From assembly GCA_949443285.1 (NCBI GenBank), contig CASSLW010000003.1, positions 2,340 through 66,339 on the forward strand: a stretch of DNA of 64,000 nt, read 5' to 3'. The notes under the pieces were generated by a model that searched no databases, was not told the origin of the DNA, and saw nothing but the letters and a program-made list of their open reading frames with translations. This stretch comes from an uncultured Clostridia bacterium. Lineage in GTDB: Bacteria; Bacillota; Clostridia; TANB77; CAG-508. The position numbers were made by a program, and so were the translations under genes. Shown piece after piece: positions 59,659-64,000 of this stretch. How positions within the stretch are numbered: position 1 is the stretch's first letter; each line of letters starts with the position of its first letter.

Positions 59659-62600
59659 CTAATTATTCTTTTTCTTTAATAGAATTACTCCAATTGTAAT
59701 TCCTACTATTGAGATAATTATACAGCTTGCTACTAACACATAATTTGTCCTATTTCCTGTTTGAATTTTTGGTGTTTGTTTATTTGTGAATTCAAAGCTA
59801 TATACATTATCTTCTTGTGTTAATTTTGTCTCGTTTGCAAATACTCCATCTTCGTTAATTTTTAATTTTACGACTTTATTTGAAAGTTCATATCCTTTTG
59901 GACTTTTAATCTCCTTAATGTAATATTCTCCGTATTTTAGGTTTTCAAATAATACTGTTCCTTCTTTTTTATCACTGTGTACTTCACTAATCAATTGTGT
60001 GCATTCTTCATCTGCATATAATCCAAATATAAAATCTTTCTTTATTATTTCCTTTGTATTCTCATCTATTTTTATAATTTTAATATTTGAAAGTATAGGC
60101 ATATCTACCATTACTATTTTTTGTGTTTCATTTGTATTTGATACTTTAAACTTAATCTCTGAAGCTATTGAATATCCTAATGGTGCCAAATTTTCTTTCA
60201 AAGTATATTCTTTTCCTACAACTAATCCTTCGATAGTATGTGGTTTATCACTAGAAATCCAATTGTCTATTACTTTTCCATTTTCGTCTATTACAGTTAA
60301 TTCTGCTCCTGGTAGTTCTTCATCTCCTGTAATTGTCTTTTTTGATATTTCTACTAATGTAGTATTATTGGTTATGTGTAAATTATTAGTATATATCTTA
60401 GTTGTATCATTATTTTGTATGAATTTAATTTCATATTTTGTTTGATCTAACACTAAACCTTCTAATGTTTCTATTTCTTGAATTTCATAATCGCCCATAG
60501 GTAATTTTTCTATAATTAATTTGCCATTTTTATCTAAATTATAAATTCCCACTTCTTGCCCTTTTTTATAGATAATTGAACCATCTGCTAGGTCAATAAT
60601 ATTTTCTTTAGCATTTAGCCTAAATTTTATTCCACTTAAATCATCAATATTTACTAATGATGTATCTACTTCTTCTTTTAAAGCTATGGTTTTGTCAATT
60701 ACTACTGTTCCAAAAGGTTTCTCATTTTTCACTTCAACTGTCTTAATGTATTCGCCTGTACTATCCTTGTCATAATCCTTAATTGCATCTATTTTAAACT
60801 TCACAGGATTTTCTAATTTTAAATATCCTGTTGGTATCTTAATTTCTGTTACTTCATATTCTCCAACTGGCAATTTTAATGGAGTTACTACTGTTCCTTT
60901 GTCATCTTCTATATTATTATAATTTTCATCTGCTATTATTAAATTTTCAGAGTTTGTAGTAAATGCATTATAAATTGAACTTCCTATTTTTTGCGTTATT
61001 ATCTCGCCTTTTTTATATAATATTTTACCATTTCCTCTATCTACTATGTCTTTACTTGCTATAATTTGAAATGTAGCACTATTTAAAGATATTACTTTTT
61101 CACTATCTGCATCTTTTTTCATTAATTTAATATAAGCTTCCATTTGTTCGTTATTTACATATAAATGTTTAACTTTTTTTGCTAACTCTTTAACTTCTGA
61201 TTCATCTTTTGTTATAGAAAATGTAAAATCACTTGAAGTTTGAAAATCTTTTGGAGTATTTGTTTCTTTAACGATGTATTTACCATATGCCAGTCCGTTT
61301 TCTGTATAAGCATTTCCGTCTATATCAGTAGTTAAAATTGAATATGTTGGTGCTATTTTTTGTGCCTGTGCTACTCTGTTACTATCAACTTTAACTCTGT
61401 TTCCATTTTCGTCTATTCCGTTCCAAATCTCTGAATAACTATATCCTTTATTCAATGCCATTTCTACTTCTGAATATAATTTAATAGTAAACTCTACATT
61501 TGCTAGTCCAGGAACCATTCCTGAATTTATATTTATTCCTGATTTAAATATGTGAATTTGCATTTTCTTTGCATCTTCTTTACTTGTTATTGTTACATTC
61601 GCATTGTTTTCTTTTAAATCAACTTCATATTCTTTTTCATCTAATAAATATCCTTCTGGACTTTTAGTTTCTTTTACCATATAGCGTCCGAAAGGCAACT
61701 TACTTATTTCTTCTGTAGCCCCATCTTTATTCATTATACGTGTTGCTACTAATTCATTCTTAGAATAAATTTTTCTTGTCCTATTATGATTATATATATC
61801 TTCTTGTGCATACACACTATATTCTGCACCTTCGAATGTTGCATCTCCTTGTTTCTTTGCCCCAGTTTCGCTATCATTCTTTATAATAGTGATTTTTCCA
61901 TTCTCAACCTTTATGTTAAAGTTAAAAAATGAAGGATCCACATAGTTTGAAAATATTACGTTTTGTAACTTACTATCTGTAAAATGAAAATACATATAGT
62001 TTGACATTTCTCCCTTACTATATGATTTACCATTTGGCATTAATCTATATATATCATATTTATTTGTAGAAAAGTTTACTGTTGATACGTTACAATCTTC
62101 ATTTACAGTAACTAACATATTATTTTCGCCTTGAGTATGTGAAAATGTTATTCCATTAATTATTTTCTCAAATGATGGGTAACTTGCTAAAACACCATTT
62201 GTGTCTGTAAACATCTGTGTATCTCCAATAGTAATTGAACTTGTCTGCCCATTAAATGATACATTCGAATTATGGTATAAATTATAATATGTTTCTGTTT
62301 CATTTAACCATGAACTATAAATAGCTGATGACATATATGTACTTTTCCATTTATCTCTTGCTGGAGCACCATAACTTGAGTCTATATGGTCTCTAATATA
62401 TTCCCATACAAATTGTTGTGTCGCACATGCAGCTCTTTCTGCCTCTATTGAATTTGGTATTCCCATTCCATATTTCATAGTATATCCAAAATAAATATAC
62501 TCCGCTATTTTCTTATATTCTTGTCTTTGATTATTAAATTGTATTTGAAAATCATTATTATATGAAAATGTTCCTTGTGCTGACTTTTTCATATATTGAC

Positions 62601-62814
62601 AACAAAATAATAAATATGTTTGACCTGAGTAATTTACTTCCTGTAGGTCATACCCATATTTTTCTTTTGTTCCTGGTACTTTTCTAAATGTTGCATCTGA
62701 GTTAATATCTGTTATAAATGCTGCAAAAGCATTTATATTCAAACTAGTAACAATAGTTATCGTTAGTAACAATATTGCTAAAATTTTTTTAATTCTTTTA
62801 CTTATTTTTATCAT
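59659..62814 (-). CDS. surface adhesin with a signal peptide, thioester-like domain, CnaB-type repeats and a C-terminal sorting signal
   Basis: Signal peptide; LLFCCQY and ACATQQFVWEY resemble TED Cys and TQxA(I/V)W motifs; at least six G-x-Y-x-[IV]-x-E-x-K-x-P-x-G-Y repeats; C-terminal PKIQTGN followed by a hydrophobic segment and KKKNN. Confidence 0.65.
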   Translation of the reverse strand: MIKISKRIKKILAILLLTITIVTSLNINAFAAFITDINSDATFRKVPGTKEKYGYDLQEVNYSGQTYLLFCCQYMKKSAQGTFSYNNDFQIQFNNQRQEYKKIAEYIYFGYTMKYGMGIPNSIEAERAACATQQFVWEYIRDHIDSSYGAPARDKWKSTYMSSAIYSSWLNETETYYNLYHNSNVSFNGQTSSITIGDTQMFTDTNGVLASYPSFEKIINGITFSHTQGENNMLVTVNEDCNVSTVNFSTNKYDIYRLMPNGKSYSKGEMSNYMYFHFTDSKLQNVIFSNYVDPSFFNFNIKVENGKITIIKNDSETGAKKQGDATFEGAEYSVYAQEDIYNHNRTRKIYSKNELVATRIMNKDGATEEISKLPFGRYMVKETKSPEGYLLDEKEYEVDLKENNANVTITSKEDAKKMQIHIFKSGININSGMVPGLANVEFTIKLYSEVEMALNKGYSYSEIWNGIDENGNRVKVDSNRVAQAQKIAPTYSILTTDIDGNAYTENGLAYGKYIVKETNTPKDFQTSSDFTFSITKDESEVKELAKKVKHLYVNNEQMEAYIKLMKKDADSEKVISLNSATFQIIASKDIVDRGNGKILYKKGEIITQKIGSSIYNAFTTNSENLIIADENYNNIEDDKGTVVTPLKLPVGEYEVTEIKIPTGYLKLENPVKFKIDAIKDYDKDSTGEYIKTVEVKNEKPFGTVVIDKTIALKEEVDTSLVNIDDLSGIKFRLNAKENIIDLADGSIIYKKGQEVGIYNLDKNGKLIIEKLPMGDYEIQEIETLEGLVLDQTKYEIKFIQNNDTTKIYTNNLHITNNTTLVEISKKTITGDEELPGAELTVIDENGKVIDNWISSDKPHTIEGLVVGKEYTLKENLAPLGYSIASEIKFKVSNTNETQKIVMVDMPILSNIKIIKIDENTKEIIKKDFIFGLYADEECTQLISEVHSDKKEGTVLFENLKYGEYYIKEIKSPKGYELSNKVVKLKINEDGVFANETKLTQEDNVYSFEFTNKQTPKIQTGNRTNYVLVASCIIISIVGITIGVILLKKKNN

Positions 62815-62901
62815 TTTATATCATTCCTTTCCATTAAAAAAAGAGCCTCATTAAGCCCTTCTACTTATATTTAGTCTATACATCATTCATATATCATAAG
62901 A

Positions 62902-63507
62902 TTAATTTTCTTTTACATAAAAATAGTATAGCCCACAATCACATTCATCAACATAGTAATTCCCTGATGCCATATCTTTCATATAGCTCTTGCAAGCTTC
63001 CCAAGCTGCATCCCACGTTTTATAGTATCCATGTTCGTTGCTTTTGTTACCCAATGTGTGTTGCTTTCCTCCCTCATAACACCAATACTTTTCTTTTATC
63101 TCTGTATTGTTATTTGTAGTTTCTACATTACTATTTGTTTGAACCTCTTTTGAAGCTGGTGCAGCATTTATACTACTTTCATTTTGTTTATTTTTTGTGT
63201 CTTTTGATATATTGTACTCTTTAGTTGTTTTACTATTTGTTTCACCAGTTGCTTTACTATTTGTTTTAACATTTGTATTATTCTCTTCTGTCGGTGTTTC
63301 TTCTATTTCTTGAATTGCTACTGGAATTGTAAATTCAAAATTCGTTTCCGTCATAGTATCACATATATATTCTTTTATGTTCGGAAAAATTTCTTTTCTT
63401 TCTAAATCAATTTCTTTACATACTTTTAAAAAATATGCTATTAATATCCCAATAACTACTATTAAAGTAAGCATAACTATTTTAATAACTAAACTTTTCT
63501 TATTCAT
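62902..63507 (-). CDS. membrane-anchored Asn/Thr-rich protein with a C-terminal Cys motif
   Basis: N-terminal transmembrane helix; C-terminal ...CKSYMKD...DECDCGLYYFY. Confidence 0.35.
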   Translation of the reverse strand: MNKKSLVIKIVMLTLIVVIGILIAYFLKVCKEIDLERKEIFPNIKEYICDTMTETNFEFTIPVAIQEIEETPTEENNTNVKTNSKATGETNSKTTKEYNISKDTKNKQNESSINAAPASKEVQTNSNVETTNNNTEIKEKYWCYEGGKQHTLGNKSNEHGYYKTWDAAWEACKSYMKDMASGNYYVDECDCGLYYFYVKEN

Positions 63508-63619
63508 TTCTCTCTCCTTTTATTTAAGAGTATAACATATTTTTTATAATTTGATAATAATAAAAAAATTTTTTGTTTCATTTCTTTGTAATACTATATA
63601 AACAAATGATTTCCCTTGT

Positions 63620-63940
63620 TTATTCGCTCTTTTCTATTTTAGCAACTATATAGTATCGTTGATTAGTTGGATTTGCGTGGTTATTTAAGTATGAACAAGT
63701 AGATAATTTTACAATTTTTTTGATTTCGCCTATATTATTTACAAATTTACTTGCATTTTTATAATACTCTATTTTTTGCTGAAAATCTAAATGCTCTATA
63801 TTATTTTGTTCTTCATTTTCTCCAATTGAATAACAACTAAATACTGTTGCATTATAGTCTTGCTCTCTTGTATATATAGTAAAATTACAGTTTTGAACAA
63901 GAAATTCTTCGTTCATAAATTTGCTTAATTCCGAAAACAT
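63620..63940 (-). CDS. hypothetical protein
   Basis: 106-aa ORF. Confidence 0.3.
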   Translation of the reverse strand: MFSELSKFMNEEFLVQNCNFTIYTREQDYNATVFSCYSIGENEEQNNIEHLDFQQKIEYYKNASKFVNNIGEIKKIVKLSTCSYLNNHANPTNQRYYIVAKIEKSE

Positions 63941-64000
63941 AATTCCATTATTATTATTGTGTCCATATATAATAGTTTCATCGTCTTGAAATGCTCTACT

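Overview
This is a low-GC, Clostridia-like window. Positions 1 to about 38,520 hold a largely intact, minus-strand-oriented PBSX-like myovirus prophage. From the left edge it reads: a partial tail fibre; baseplate, LysM protein, tape measure, a tail chaperone with a -1 frameshift, tube and sheath; head-tail joining genes, capsid and scaffold; a MuF-type minor head protein with a C-terminal HExxH domain; portal, TerL and TerS; an ArpU-type late regulator; an early/accessory region with HD and HAD hydrolases; a D5/P4 primase-helicase; a short phi29-like family-B polymerase; DUF669; a Cas4-like nuclease fused to Sak4; VRR-NUC; an SNF2 helicase; a Cro/CI switch; a two-gene moron; and a tyrosine integrase at the right end. 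The prophage's lysis and attR side lies beyond the window start. Two kinds of repeated sites stand out. One is an 18-bp palindrome, TGTATCT-N4-AGATACA, in four copies, with two AAGATACAA half-sites at the cI promoter. The other is a pair of TTGAACC/GGTTCAA iteron arrays, upstream of the ArpU gene and of the moron, that share an identical 18-mer. The right-hand 25 kb is a mosaic of mobile-element remnants, mostly on the minus strand: a CHC2 primase, a truncated methyltransferase-like gene, SSB, a mini SbcC/Rad50 ATPase with a zinc hook, an ERF-like annealase, a standalone receiver-domain protein, XRE regulators, a RelE/ParE toxin-antitoxin pair, a Spo0A C-terminal-domain-only protein, a GH25-LysM lysin, an FGE-like protein, a holin, and a PG_binding_1/DUF1906 hydrolase with a 1-nt frameshift. 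It ends with conjugative-element debris: a VirD4/TraG coupling protein broken by at least two or three 1-nt indels, SpoVG, and a 1051-aa surface adhesin with a thioester domain, CnaB repeats and a sorting signal. No rRNA, tRNA or CRISPR is evident.
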